Below are positions 21,201 to 28,335 of a DNA stretch of 35,181 nucleotides, one piece after another (position 1 is the first letter of the stretch; the number at the start of each line of letters is the position of its first letter). The position numbers and the translations under genes were made by a program. The notes under the pieces are model-generated. The model did no database searches, had not been told where the DNA came from, and worked only from the letters and a program-made list of their open reading frames with translations. The DNA lies in the IMG/VR virus record IMGVR_UViG_3300005662_000113, positions 1 through 35,181 of that record. One strand, given 5' to 3'. The DNA comes from a virus (Duplodnaviria > Caudoviricetes).

Positions 21201-23560
21201 TTCGTATCGATGATCCAAATTTTGGCGGCACTGGCGTTACAAACTTATCAGCTATTATGCCTACAGTTATTGGTGACGGTTCTACTAATAGTATTGATAT
21301 CCAAAGATATGTACAAATAGAAAACGGTGACACACTAATTTTCCGTCCAATGGACAGTGACGGAACTGTCAATATTACTGATGTTAACATTATCGATACC
21401 AGCTTAACCGGCGGATCGTTAAGTGCAGTTAGCGGTGCATACATTACCGCAACTGGAACAGCAGCAGAAGACATTGTTGTTGACGGTAGCAAGTTTATCA
21501 GTCCTGATCAAGTTCCTGCTCCGGAAGAAAATATTCCGGGTCAAGTTATTGACAGTGTTTCTATCAAAGTATTCCACACAGTGCAAACTGGTGCAACACC
21601 TTTACAGTCTCGTGTGCTAACAAGCAACGGAACTGACAAGAGATTTGCAATTGGTCTTACAATTTTAGACGGTGCATCAGTAATGGTCTATGTTGATAAA
21701 GTAAAATGCGAAATTAATTCAGCTGATAGCAGTATAGAATATGTTATAGATTATAACACCAATGAGGTAGTTTTCACTAATGCTCCGATTAGAGATTCGG
21801 TAATTGAAATCATAGCCATTGGTCTAGGTGGCGCAGCACTGCTTGATTATCAAGAATTTGAAGCAGACGGCGATACATTGTTTTTCTTAACTAGAGCAAA
21901 TTATGCCGATACATCATCAGTAGTTGTAACAGTTGATGGTATTGATGTTGATGCTATATCAATTAACAGTTCTGAAGTATTAGATATTGCAGGTAAAACT
22001 CTAATACAATTTGCTAACAAGCCTGAACGCAGACAAATTGTAAAAATTGTTTGCTTGGGGGCTGCAACAGACATTGATTCAACAGGAAACTCCTTGGTTC
22101 GAGTTAATCAACAGATATTAACATTTGACGGAAGCACATTAAGCTATGACTTAGATCAATTTGTAAATCTGCAAAGAGCCAGTGCATCCGGAGCAGTGCT
22201 AGTAGAAGTTAATGGTACCCAGTTAAAAGGAGTCGACACTGAATTTGCTGTGTACGACGGAACTAACAATGTTCTTCCAGTTGGACGAGATCCGATTGAA
22301 GCGCCTAACACTGCTACTCAGTCTAACATTCAGGTATACATTAATAACGAATTAAAGAGAAACATTCTTGATTATGTTTACGATGGAAACGAAAATACAG
22401 TAACAGTTAATACCGAAGTATTGTCAATCAATGATGAAATAAAACTTATCATTGACATTAGAAGCCAATACACTTTTGAGAATAACAATATTGTGTTTAA
22501 CACAGATCTCCAACTAGGAGATCAGATCTCAGTTACTTGGTTCAGTGAATATCCAAGCATGAACATTATTTCCGATCAATACACCGGCGGTAAAGTTCAG
22601 TACCAATTAGCAAGAGAACCGGTAAGTGCTAGTTATATTTGGGTTTACAAAAATGGCCAACGCTTGACACAGGATCGAGATTATGAAGTATCTATTCCTA
22701 GGAATGTTGTCTACTTGAAAACAGCATCTGTACTCGATGATGAAATTAAGATTGTGCAGTTTGGAAATTATCTAAGGCGTGCTCCGTTGGCCTATGAAGT
22801 GTTTAAAGATATGTTAAACATCTATCATTTCAAACGATTCAGTATTGACAAGGCAGTAGTACTAGCCCAAGATCTAAATTATTACGATCAAGTTATCCAT
22901 GTCACTGATACTGCTAATTTGTTTGAACCAATTAAATCTAGAAATATTCCTGGAACTGTGTATATTAACGGTGAAAGAATCGACTATTTTGAGAAAACAG
23001 CTACTACATTGTCTCAACTAAGAAGAGGAACCAACGGAACAGCAATTAAAGAAACTCATGTTTCGGGTAGTAGTGTAGTTGATGTAGGCCGTGTTGAAAG
23101 CCTTCCATACAATGAAAGTCAAGAAAGATTAGACTTTGTCAGCGACGGAAGTAGCTTGTTAGTAGGTCCTTTAAACTATGTTCCAGAAGCAGCAACAAGA
23201 TCAGATTGGACAAGAGTAACTATCCCAGTAGGTTACGAACCTTGCGATCAGATTGAAGTATTTGCCGGCGGCCGCCGTTTAAGAAAAGATCCTCTAACAG
23301 TTTATGATCAAACAGCTAACATTACCAGCCCTCAAGCTGATACTGTTCTAGAAGCTGAATTCAGTGTAGATGGTGTAAACGATTATATTCGACTAACATC
23401 TACTGTGCCTGCAGGAACACGCATTACAGTAATTAGAAGAATTGGCCAAACTTGGTACGATCGCGGAGCAACAACCGCTTCATCGGGTGTTACTCTGTTG
23501 AAAAACACAAGCTCTGTTGCTGAGTTTCTAAAACAAAAGAGCACCCAACTGCCTGAATAA
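9209..23560 (+). CDS. Giant (4783 aa) modular virion structural protein, probable gp7-like baseplate wedge with CBM5/12-like, FG-GAP propeller and Ig-like modules
   Basis: Single open frame directly after gp6. Contains gp7/gpI-like motifs FIREKGTANAITKVF (~14684) and YLEEVKPFRT (~19922), seven W/Y-x5-YxxGDxV..Y/W modules, six FG-x-S/A...G-x-P-type blades, GxGY beta repeats and C-terminal DG-x-T...VxVNG repeats. Confidence 0.7.
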   Translation: MANEIFPESRLPIRRTVDLLPQVFKTETNSKFMAGVVDPLVQPGVLQKTVGYVGRRYGKTYKGSDIYLDSDNTLRSRYQLEPGVILSDNRGNIENFYDYIDFKNQLRFFNNLNERDDLITSQDHYSWDPPIEWDKFVNFREYYWVPSGPPSVKVLGQGDAITSTYRVRQGTTSTWIFYPDGATNNPTLTLYRGQTYNFAVNSPREGFYIRTAFDTGSLKYNPFLPYIPNQLAVYDGKLWRALTYVTASVDGTIVEGPEWEIVDENVQTSKFDYFSGVTNNGATNGTVTFEVPLDAPDILYYQSAINPDRFGRFLIQDIEENTSIDIDKEIIGKQTYTSSNGVEFTNGLVVRFGGKVTPTKYKKDNWLVEKVGREITLIKFSDLTVPVITSQIPEVIFDNTGFDTDPFDDATSYPGEKDYIAVCRASIDANPWSRYNRWFHKSTLEQAHKLNGTDFEAGDNFRAKRPIIEFRPNIQLFNHGSVAKTPVDFIDTFTTDVFSTIEGSQGYSVDGEFLYQGARVLFVADTDELANNKIYQVNFITHNNVRQITLRATTDSDPILGEGVLVKSGNANKGLMYHFNGTNWVPSQAKTKANQVPLFDLFDKNGISFSDATTYPSSTFVGSPIVSYKVGNSIVDTELGFSLDYLNIDNVGDILFTYNLDGDSFSYSIDQSTITKNLNTGFYRFNPLDEFANGWVKSDSDYQQPILDSVVVTEITNQVTLATVDWTAFSNLPSTVIFYLNGQRHLDSYTRDNGTFTFANTFAVNDVVSIKIYIDLDPDQGYYQIPHGLEKNPLNDNLTEFTLGQAIDHLSSAIEIETQFFGSYPGNSNLRNIDGYQNRCMRFLKHSGIAPMAVSLLCDKNINIVKSIQHSLRAYSNFKNEFLKRISEFTPLDSTVDFVDDVLAAMTITKDQSDPFADSDMIGNGAHADIEYLVEDEGIKVFALSETFNLTELSRRAVYVYRNGSQLVHGRDYTFDSTFGFVRLSLTLTEGDQIVIREYSSTAFNYIPSTPTKLGLYKKYLPHIYLDDTFVTPRLVIQGHDGSITAAYNDYRDDAILELELRIYNNIKQEYNENIFNIDTVFGGYYGNALYSKSELDAVVMQDFLRWVSNTDIDYTTNDQYFDSQNSFTYTYSNMTDPTKQQSLPGYWRGVYQWFYDTDRPHVCPWEMLGFSEKPTWWESEYGPAPYTRGNAILWEDIRDGIIRQGARAGTHDRYARPSILDHIPTDNDGRLLSPLDSGVANDFTLINNQGDYRPGDVSPVEAAWRSSSEWPFSVMVALCLLKPFEFITDSFDRSRMSVNQLGQTVSAGSEVFSKISDLLVPVVGGTQLSGLVTFVSSYVRSKNLDPQVLLTRLNNLDVKISTRMSGFVDQTEQKYLLDSKNPSSTSSSIYVPNENYDVIFNVGVPMIGIAYSGVLIEKLAEGWKVKGYDNQQPYFNYFKPIASSSDPLTSVGGTSASFLDWAADKVYSNGDIVRSQNIFYRALKSHTSTGVFDKTLWKTLPKLPVVGGVEAYFRKTFSQLKPTQLYYGTVITTIQGVVDFLLGYQAYLKTQGFSFDRYDSENQVAYNWQTSCKEFLFWTKHNWAVGSLLTLSPSAGQIDMQIPLGVADSLFDSFYDYQIFKSDGTPLLPIFLNVNRDFQSVKVSTTNTNEGIYFIKVYFVLKEHVTVFDDRTVFNDVIYDKTTGYRQERIKSRGFRTVDWDGDYTSPGFLFDNVNIQLWSPYTDYRLGDIVSYKSYNWVSKQNQQGAELFDTTTWEKLDTTPTKGLVANFDYRINQFEDYYDVDADGLGSSQRDLSRHVIGYQTREYLQNMAEDAVSQFKLYQGFIREKGTANAITKVFDKLSRTNTGSIELNEEWAFRVGRLGGTNQFNETEFRILKNDFKINPQPVIIAPTESTTDVLDLYMRVPEKNFTIAPNPFSANINPVKKYKLTPRTAGYVNSFDVDFAVKTYDDILTLNIADFEENSHVWITFYNNSWTVLRYNISKLLLVTDVNVVKTRVEIVLGRTHGLSVGDIFGIRNIENLEGFFKITEIPDRKTIVFQISKDAKEPKWDSSTVINLELFSSARFNDYQSVDLNNAAALTSGAKFWIDSNSSGNWEVSEKQQLFSATEIAQYGATAPLSNGQSVLYIDILTQIVSSMPANNLVVSYLEREEGLKPFQTFVRPNSISAAADGVFGESLAVSPDGKWLAIGSPRATGVRSDYQEVYNSDLDYFQGDIVLHKGKLWRAKVDIYAQDYTGIDSTRVGADSTLARIDTTMEDWEPVLVVTANQQGSNTGYLEQGAVSLYEWSGQTWVERYSFVSPRQNAGEQFGSKITIGVDSGNYYMAISAPGAEGNKGRVYLYKYAPLTVDTSETITYKVTVAPPQGVDTGYKYYINEQYRPNLSLLVGNTYIFDQTDPSNVYYPNPVNGTVTNKHPLNFSADNISGALAGGTLYTTGVTYLLDNRKVTQAQYIAGFTTATTRKVQIVVTENTSSILYYYSSYTQNMGNSIIRKYPNIAKEWQLIENQNFKGVYDNTGARFYEVGAIVWYNNALWQSLEDQTGDGSTISINSNQWSRLDPISTQSSLPTNISLEDDSTDPTVGMLSADQVAELVKDGDRFGTSMAMSRDGMTLVVGCPNSDGQYFVNYKGVWNSYQPYTVGDVVKWTNNYYRLSTATSTGANPVSGTPWSLVEAVSDTASGKIYIYKMNAYGFYGLMQTINAGSLPDVSDLAPTEIINSGDLFGFAIDIDNSGNTIAISSPQADIDLQNQGSVYVFKYDTDSTIPEYRLKQKLQSYEVYNNELFGFSVSISERGERVVVGAKNTPYKLSTRFDLSTKTRFDGGRTTFSEDQGYPGQVYVFELKDQTYILSEKLEADLLDNEGFGYSLDSTSSVIVTGSPNYAPTGTKTGMTRIFRKDVTKDSFAILAEEKPMVNIDLLKSVALYDDENYLKIADLDIIDVNKLKILGRAEQEIKFKTLYDPATYTNGTDEVTVDEDQAWFEKNVGVIWWNISTAKWAHYEQGDIAYRAGNWNQLAPGASIDICEWVESSMAPADWAKLADTTDGLSAGISGQPLYGNQAYSIKRFINPNTGLSYGTRYYFWVKNKTITPTGVAGRNISAASVATLIENPSSDGTPLLAIIDSDKFLTYNLSSVITGDSALINIEYYHSERRPNATHTEYQLLTEGIADSLPSDPLEQKWIDSLVGFNQAGNPVPDPTLLPKQRYGLAFRPIQTMFVDRGTALKIVIDRSNDILATRPFADLIDFENLNKIEAIPNETLNLYDLTVDTFAELSEVGIVRISPAVLSANIVDGEIDTIDIIDPGFGYRTAPPVKIVGDGMGAKATVTLDLQGRITAITVIQKGRKYTIADISVRNFSVLVKNDITYNNYWSIYFWDSVREGFFKSTVQSYDTTKYWSYIDWYATGYSSVTRIAKEILDLYLEPTIKVAVGNIIKIKEYANGGWALLERVTDGTGDILGNYILVGRENGTIKINESIYNVKVYDYETSYDEVTYDNQPTQELRFIFAALKENIFIDDLRAEWNKLFFASIRYIFSEQLYVDWAFKTSFLNAIHNIGDLEQKTNYKNDNLASFQNYLEEVKPFRTTIREYTSRYTDIDRQGAAITDFDVPPAYDVREGQILPVLENSNVIDTYPHKWWKDNHTYSITDIVISYEGADYKDAPKVVITGDGTGATAQAFIANGVVSGIKMLTNGTGYTTASVSIVGGNGTSTSIAKAVAIIGDSKTRTFDLTVKFDRITKEGTYQEYSYIQEFIADGFTSIFELNYPPTRDKTKIAVTINDEVILDSAYEITFYKSSTDEYSLLRGKLKLLSLPASGDDIIIVYEKADEILEAVDRINKYYSPTRGMIGKEINQLMTGVDFGGVQIQGTTFDVSGGWDALPWFTDTWDSVEANSDFYYVVDTQPYTLTGLDSRSLTWKAGSVVQYGNKQYRAVIDNNDKPPVEFPDVWEELTILLPFTPAIGQQLSVYLKRTGLGSPRSIDTLDSAGAPVVVYDPGVEESRTIRIDDPNFGGTGVTNLSAIMPTVIGDGSTNSIDIQRYVQIENGDTLIFRPMDSDGTVNITDVNIIDTSLTGGSLSAVSGAYITATGTAAEDIVVDGSKFISPDQVPAPEENIPGQVIDSVSIKVFHTVQTGATPLQSRVLTSNGTDKRFAIGLTILDGASVMVYVDKVKCEINSADSSIEYVIDYNTNEVVFTNAPIRDSVIEIIAIGLGGAALLDYQEFEADGDTLFFLTRANYADTSSVVVTVDGIDVDAISINSSEVLDIAGKTLIQFANKPERRQIVKIVCLGAATDIDSTGNSLVRVNQQILTFDGSTLSYDLDQFVNLQRASASGAVLVEVNGTQLKGVDTEFAVYDGTNNVLPVGRDPIEAPNTATQSNIQVYINNELKRNILDYVYDGNENTVTVNTEVLSINDEIKLIIDIRSQYTFENNNIVFNTDLQLGDQISVTWFSEYPSMNIISDQYTGGKVQYQLAREPVSASYIWVYKNGQRLTQDRDYEVSIPRNVVYLKTASVLDDEIKIVQFGNYLRRAPLAYEVFKDMLNIYHFKRFSIDKAVVLAQDLNYYDQVIHVTDTANLFEPIKSRNIPGTVYINGERIDYFEKTATTLSQLRRGTNGTAIKETHVSGSSVVDVGRVESLPYNESQERLDFVSDGSSLLVGPLNYVPEAATRSDWTRVTIPVGYEPCDQIEVFAGGRRLRKDPLTVYDQTANITSPQADTVLEAEFSVDGVNDYIRLTSTVPAGTRITVIRRIGQTWYDRGATTASSGVTLLKNTSSVAEFLKQKSTQLPE

Positions 23561-23563
23561 ATA
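23558..23563 (+). promoter_or_regulatory. Late-promoter-like TAAATA overlapping the stop codon of the giant gene
   Basis: GAATAAATATACTATG: the TAA stop forms the first half of the motif, and the next ATG is 4 nt downstream. Confidence 0.5.
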
Positions 23564-23567
23564 TACT

Positions 23568-24233
23568 ATGGAACAGAAAAACACAAGTGAATCAACTATG
23601 AAAAACGAAAAACCAAAGGAAAATTCTCAACCTAACGAGACTTCGGGCTGGCATTTTGAAGGCCATATTAAGATTTTTGACCCCGAAACCGGCGAAGTAT
23701 TTCAAGATAAGCGCAATGCCATTCACTATGAAAATATGAGTGTTGCTATGGTTAACAGCCTAAGCAATCAAGGCCAAGGGTGGATTTATCAAATGGCATT
23801 CGGCAGTGGTGGCACAACAGTTGATCCTACTGGATTGATTACCTATCTAACACCTAATACAGTTGGAGTAAACACTGGGTTATACAATCAAACTTATGCC
23901 AAAATTGTTGATCAAAGTGCCACAGAAAATGTAGACCCAACAAGAAACAAAATGGAAATTCGCCATATTAGCGGTGCAACCTACAGCGATATTGTTATTA
24001 GTTGTTTGTTAGACTACGGCGAACCAGTTGGTCAACAGGCATTTGATAACAGTGTTGATATGAGCGGTAGCTATGTTTTCGATGAGCTTGGCCTTAAAAG
24101 TTACAATCCAAATGGCGAAGGTAAGTTGCTTACCCATGTGGTGTTTCACCCTGTACAAAAGTCGTTGAATAGACTACTTCAAGTAGATTATACAATTCGT
24201 GTACAGAGCTTAACTGGTTTCACAGAGGTATAA
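23568..24233 (+). CDS. Small baseplate/fibre-attachment structural protein (possibly gp8-like or tail-fibre N-terminal-domain-like)
   Basis: Lies between the wedge and fibre genes. Motifs QMAFGSGG...YVFDELGL...LLTHVVFHPVQKSLNRLLQVDYTI resemble the ExGL...L..H....P..K pattern of fibre-docking domains. There is an alternative ATG at 23598. Confidence 0.5.
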   Translation: MEQKNTSESTMKNEKPKENSQPNETSGWHFEGHIKIFDPETGEVFQDKRNAIHYENMSVAMVNSLSNQGQGWIYQMAFGSGGTTVDPTGLITYLTPNTVGVNTGLYNQTYAKIVDQSATENVDPTRNKMEIRHISGATYSDIVISCLLDYGEPVGQQAFDNSVDMSGSYVFDELGLKSYNPNGEGKLLTHVVFHPVQKSLNRLLQVDYTIRVQSLTGFTEV

Positions 24234-24236
24234 TAG

Positions 24237-26507
24237 ATGCCATATATCGTAAATTTTACTGACAGAGAAAATAAAACCCCAATCACTGTCTATGACAACA
24301 CTTCTAATGCAGATACAAGTTTAGATTTTCCAGGCCGAAATGTTACAGGCTACGGACAAATTATTGCCGAAAACTTTCTAGCATTACTTGAAAATTTTGC
24401 CAGCGGTTCCGCTCCTGCTAACCCAGTCGAAGGACAGCTATGGTACAATTCTTTAGAAGGCATACTACAAATTTGGGATAACACTCAATGGAAAGCCGCA
24501 AGTAACATTCAAAAAAGTACCAGCGAACCATCAGTAGAATCTGCTAGGGTTGGAGAACTATGGGTTGATACAACCAACCAACAGCTATATGTGTTCTCGG
24601 GATCAAGTTGGATTCTAGTAGGACCTAACTTCTCTACTGGTCTACAATCAGGTCCAGTTGTTGAATCTATTATTGACAGTGATAACTTTGATAGAGTTAT
24701 TGTAACATTCTATATAGAAGATAAGCCTATTATCGTTATCAGTAAAGACAGTTTCACTCCTAAGAATTCTATTAACGGATTTTCAGCTATTAAAACAGGT
24801 ATCAATATTACCAGTCTTGATGTGGGCGACGGCGGATTCCTACCAAAATTTTATGGAACAGCAATTGCAGCAGATTCCTTAAATATTGCAGGCACAGCAA
24901 TTGCAGCAGCTAAGTTTTTAAGATCAGACACTACTAATACAACTGAACAAAATTTTAATATTAGAAACAATGCAGGTCTTACGATTGGCATTGACGGAAC
25001 ATTCAGCCTAACATCAACATCAAGCGCGGCCAAGATATACAATGCAACAGCAGGCGCAAGTATTGATTTGCAAACTAACAGAAACGGTGTTCCCGACACA
25101 GTTTTAAAAGTTGTCAATAATACAGTAGGTGTTAACGTTGCAGCTCCTGACGAAGCTTTAACAGTTAGTGGAAATATCAAATCTGACGGCAGTTTGATTC
25201 TTACTAATATTGCAGAAAGTACAAACTTTAACAACGGTAGTTTTAGAACAGCAGGCGGTATTGCCGTAACTAAAAATGCCTTAATTGGCAAAAACATAGA
25301 TATTTACGGCCAAACAATTACAACTTCGATCGAGCCAAGAGAAACAGATAGATATGATAGCGGTAGTTTAACAAGACGCTGGAATACTGTTAGAACCAAG
25401 ACTCTAGTTGCAGACACTATTGTTGGCGCACTTGAAGGAAACATTATTGGTAATGCTACTACTGCAACCAACTTGCGTTTTCCTACAACCTTTAAAATGC
25501 AGGGAGATGTAACTTCTGCAAATATCACATTTGATGGACAAGTAGGCGGAACTACAAAAACTTTTGAAACTGTTATTACTTCGGGTATTATTTCCAGCAA
25601 GGTTCAACCTAGTCCTAATGTTTCAAAAGCTGACGACTATGTTCTAGTGTTTAGAGCAGGTGAAGGCCTGTTAAAAGAAACTAGGGATGTATTTGTAGGC
25701 GACCTTGGTGTACCAGTTGGTACAATATTGCCGTTTGCAGGATCAGCAGCACCGTATGGTTATCTATTATGCGACGGTAGCGAACAAGAAATTGCCAAAT
25801 ATTTGACATTGTATAATGTTATCGGTACAACATACGGAACTCCATTTAGAGGACAGGCTGGATTAACCTTCGTCCTGCCTGATATGCGTGGCCGCTTCCC
25901 ACTAGGTAAGCACAACATGGACAATAACAATACAGTACCGTTGGGTGGTGGATTCGTAGATGCAGGCGGTGGCTTGCCAAGCGGAGAAGCTATCCCTGCA
26001 GGAAACTTTATTATTGGTCGCAGATATACTATTTCTAGCATAGGTTCAACTAACTGGACAAGCATTGGTGCTAGCTCGTCGGCAGTTGGAACTACATTTA
26101 CAGCAACTGGATTAGGAAGCGGAACAGGCTCTGCAACATTAGTTCCGCGAGTTGACGATACACAAGCAAGTACATTAGGTGGCGCCAGCGGAGATTATAG
26201 AAATACACTAACCGCAACCAACCTTCCGCAACACGAACACGACTTTAAAGCACTTAACGATGCAGGAACCAAAGGCGGCAATCAGTATCATGCAACTCGT
26301 TTAGATACAGCAAGCCCTCCGGGAATCGAACCTGGCGAAGGTGCCTTCCTTGGACGAGGTCCAACAACACCCGGCCAGATGCAATATCTTCCAAGTAGCG
26401 GAGGAGTATTAGGTTATACATCGGCACAGTTAGGACAGAGTTTTTCAATTATGAATCCTTATCTAACATTGAACTACATTATCCGTTCAGGACCACCAAT
26501 ATTCTAA
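24237..26507 (+). CDS. Tail fibre protein with C-terminal phage tail-collar domain (gp12/gp10-like short fibre)
   Basis: Shared fibre N-terminal module. Collar motif VPVGTILPFAGSAAPYGYLLCDGS...IGTTYG...FVLPDMRGRFPLG, HxH motif LPQHEHDF and terminal MNPYLTLNYIIR. Confidence 0.82.
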   Translation: MPYIVNFTDRENKTPITVYDNTSNADTSLDFPGRNVTGYGQIIAENFLALLENFASGSAPANPVEGQLWYNSLEGILQIWDNTQWKAASNIQKSTSEPSVESARVGELWVDTTNQQLYVFSGSSWILVGPNFSTGLQSGPVVESIIDSDNFDRVIVTFYIEDKPIIVISKDSFTPKNSINGFSAIKTGINITSLDVGDGGFLPKFYGTAIAADSLNIAGTAIAAAKFLRSDTTNTTEQNFNIRNNAGLTIGIDGTFSLTSTSSAAKIYNATAGASIDLQTNRNGVPDTVLKVVNNTVGVNVAAPDEALTVSGNIKSDGSLILTNIAESTNFNNGSFRTAGGIAVTKNALIGKNIDIYGQTITTSIEPRETDRYDSGSLTRRWNTVRTKTLVADTIVGALEGNIIGNATTATNLRFPTTFKMQGDVTSANITFDGQVGGTTKTFETVITSGIISSKVQPSPNVSKADDYVLVFRAGEGLLKETRDVFVGDLGVPVGTILPFAGSAAPYGYLLCDGSEQEIAKYLTLYNVIGTTYGTPFRGQAGLTFVLPDMRGRFPLGKHNMDNNNTVPLGGGFVDAGGGLPSGEAIPAGNFIIGRRYTISSIGSTNWTSIGASSSAVGTTFTATGLGSGTGSATLVPRVDDTQASTLGGASGDYRNTLTATNLPQHEHDFKALNDAGTKGGNQYHATRLDTASPPGIEPGEGAFLGRGPTTPGQMQYLPSSGGVLGYTSAQLGQSFSIMNPYLTLNYIIRSGPPIF

Positions 26508-26517
26508 GAGATAAAAT

Positions 26518-28317
26518 ATGGCATATTTAATTACCAAGTCAGACGGAACAACATTAACCACTGTATCGGACGGTCAGGTAGATGATCTAACCACTAACCT
26601 TACATTAATTGGAAAAAACTATAGCGGGTTTGGCGAAAGTCTAAACGAAAATTTTGTTAAATTACTGGAAAATTTTGCTAGCTCAGCAAGACCAACTCGT
26701 CCAATACGGGGTCAAATTTGGTTCGATGTTACTGAACTAAAATTAAAAGTTTACAACGGCACATCGTTCCAGCCAGTTAGTTCAGCAACAATTAGTGCAA
26801 CACAACCTACTTCTTTAACACCAGGCGACTTATGGTTTGACGATACGAATAAACAATTATATTTTTATGACGGTGTGAACACATTATTGCTCGGACCGAG
26901 TTATGGATCAAGCCAAGGTGTTAGTGGCATCCGTGTTAATACAATTTTAGATTCTTTAAATCAAAATAAAATTATTACTAGTCTGTATAATAACGGAACA
27001 TTGATCGGTATCTTTTCAAGTAATGAAACAGAGTTTACTCCAAAAATTCCTATCGCTGGATTCAGCGGAACAATTATTCCTGGTTTCAATGCTGGTACTA
27101 TTGCTGGCATTAAGTTTAATGTAACAGTAACTAACTCTGAAAAATTAGGTGGACGATTAGATACTACCTATGTTAGGAATGACACCAGCGGAGTTATTAC
27201 AGGAAAGTTAGGAATCACACAGGGTGTGGAAATTGGTGATGCTCAACAGGTTAAATTATTAGAAGCCAACGGTGACTTATTGTTACAAAACGTTGCACAG
27301 AATAAATTTATTAGACTAAGTGCTCGCAGAGGTTCGGTCCAAGACGATGCAATAGTAATTGAACCAAGCTCTCAAACTGTTAAAATATATGACGGCTTCC
27401 TAAGCAGTCAAACAACAGTTGGTGGAAACTTAACAGTTAACGGTGACCTGCGAGTTCTAGGAAACACTGTAGCAGTTGACGTTGCCAATCTTAGAGTTGA
27501 AAATAAACAAATAGAATTGGGTACATCAGCTGATAGTTCGATATTAACTAATGAACAAGCAGACGGCGGCGGCATTATATTGCGATCATCAGGTACCGGT
27601 GGCGACAAAGAAATTTATTGGAACCTTGCTAGAGACGCATGGGTGTTCAATCAACATGTTGACTTAGACACAGGAAAATCTGTTAGAATTGGCGGTGTAG
27701 AACTTTTAAAGTACAACGAAGGTGCCGGAACTTACGAATTAACAAATGCTGTAACAAGAGCCACAGGTATTAACATCTTCGGTGTTCAAGCAGAATTCAC
27801 TATCGATAACATCTATATCAACAACAACAGAATATCGTCAGTTAATTCTAATGGCGACATTGAGCTGTATCCCAATGGAGCAGGTAATGTTGTATTAAAC
27901 GGTTCTGCAAGAATAACTGAAATTGGGGAACCGGTAGGTGTATCCGACGCTGCTACTAAAAACTATGTCGATGTTCAGCTTAAAGCTAAACCATTAGTGC
28001 TGTCAATGGATATCTCCGATGGTAGGACTAACGACCAAATCGCATCAGATTTAGAATCCATTGCTCCTGTAGCAGAGTACGACAACGGAACAATTGCTAG
28101 AATTTTATGTACTATTGTTTCTGAAGTTCGACCAACACTAGATATGAACGACTATCTAAACGAGTCAACTGCTACTTTCAACACACCGTCTGGTACAGGT
28201 TCAGCTCTAACTGATGTTTCGTTTAGTACAGTAACTATTCCTACGCCAGCATATAACATCAGTAGAATTGTAAAAACATATCAAATAATTGCAAATGCAT
28301 GGACATTTGTATCATAA
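26518..28317 (+). CDS. Tail fibre/baseplate-associated fibre protein (paralogue 2)
   Basis: Shared N-terminal module (LIGKNYSGFGESLNENFVKLLENFA...GQIWFD). Beta-rich shaft GGNLTVNGDLRVLGN, and a trimeric neck-like motif ITEIGEPVGVSDAATKNYVD. Confidence 0.7.
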   Translation: MAYLITKSDGTTLTTVSDGQVDDLTTNLTLIGKNYSGFGESLNENFVKLLENFASSARPTRPIRGQIWFDVTELKLKVYNGTSFQPVSSATISATQPTSLTPGDLWFDDTNKQLYFYDGVNTLLLGPSYGSSQGVSGIRVNTILDSLNQNKIITSLYNNGTLIGIFSSNETEFTPKIPIAGFSGTIIPGFNAGTIAGIKFNVTVTNSEKLGGRLDTTYVRNDTSGVITGKLGITQGVEIGDAQQVKLLEANGDLLLQNVAQNKFIRLSARRGSVQDDAIVIEPSSQTVKIYDGFLSSQTTVGGNLTVNGDLRVLGNTVAVDVANLRVENKQIELGTSADSSILTNEQADGGGIILRSSGTGGDKEIYWNLARDAWVFNQHVDLDTGKSVRIGGVELLKYNEGAGTYELTNAVTRATGINIFGVQAEFTIDNIYINNNRISSVNSNGDIELYPNGAGNVVLNGSARITEIGEPVGVSDAATKNYVDVQLKAKPLVLSMDISDGRTNDQIASDLESIAPVAEYDNGTIARILCTIVSEVRPTLDMNDYLNESTATFNTPSGTGSALTDVSFSTVTIPTPAYNISRIVKTYQIIANAWTFVS

Positions 28318-28335
28318 TGAAATACGGAGCGACTA

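Noticed and set aside
9209-23560. Intein, intron or tape-measure explanation for the giant ORF
   Set aside because: I noticed no Hint or LAGLIDADG motifs and the frame is uninterrupted. The sequence is beta-rich and modular, not the helical Ala/Leu/Lys-rich type expected of a tape measure.
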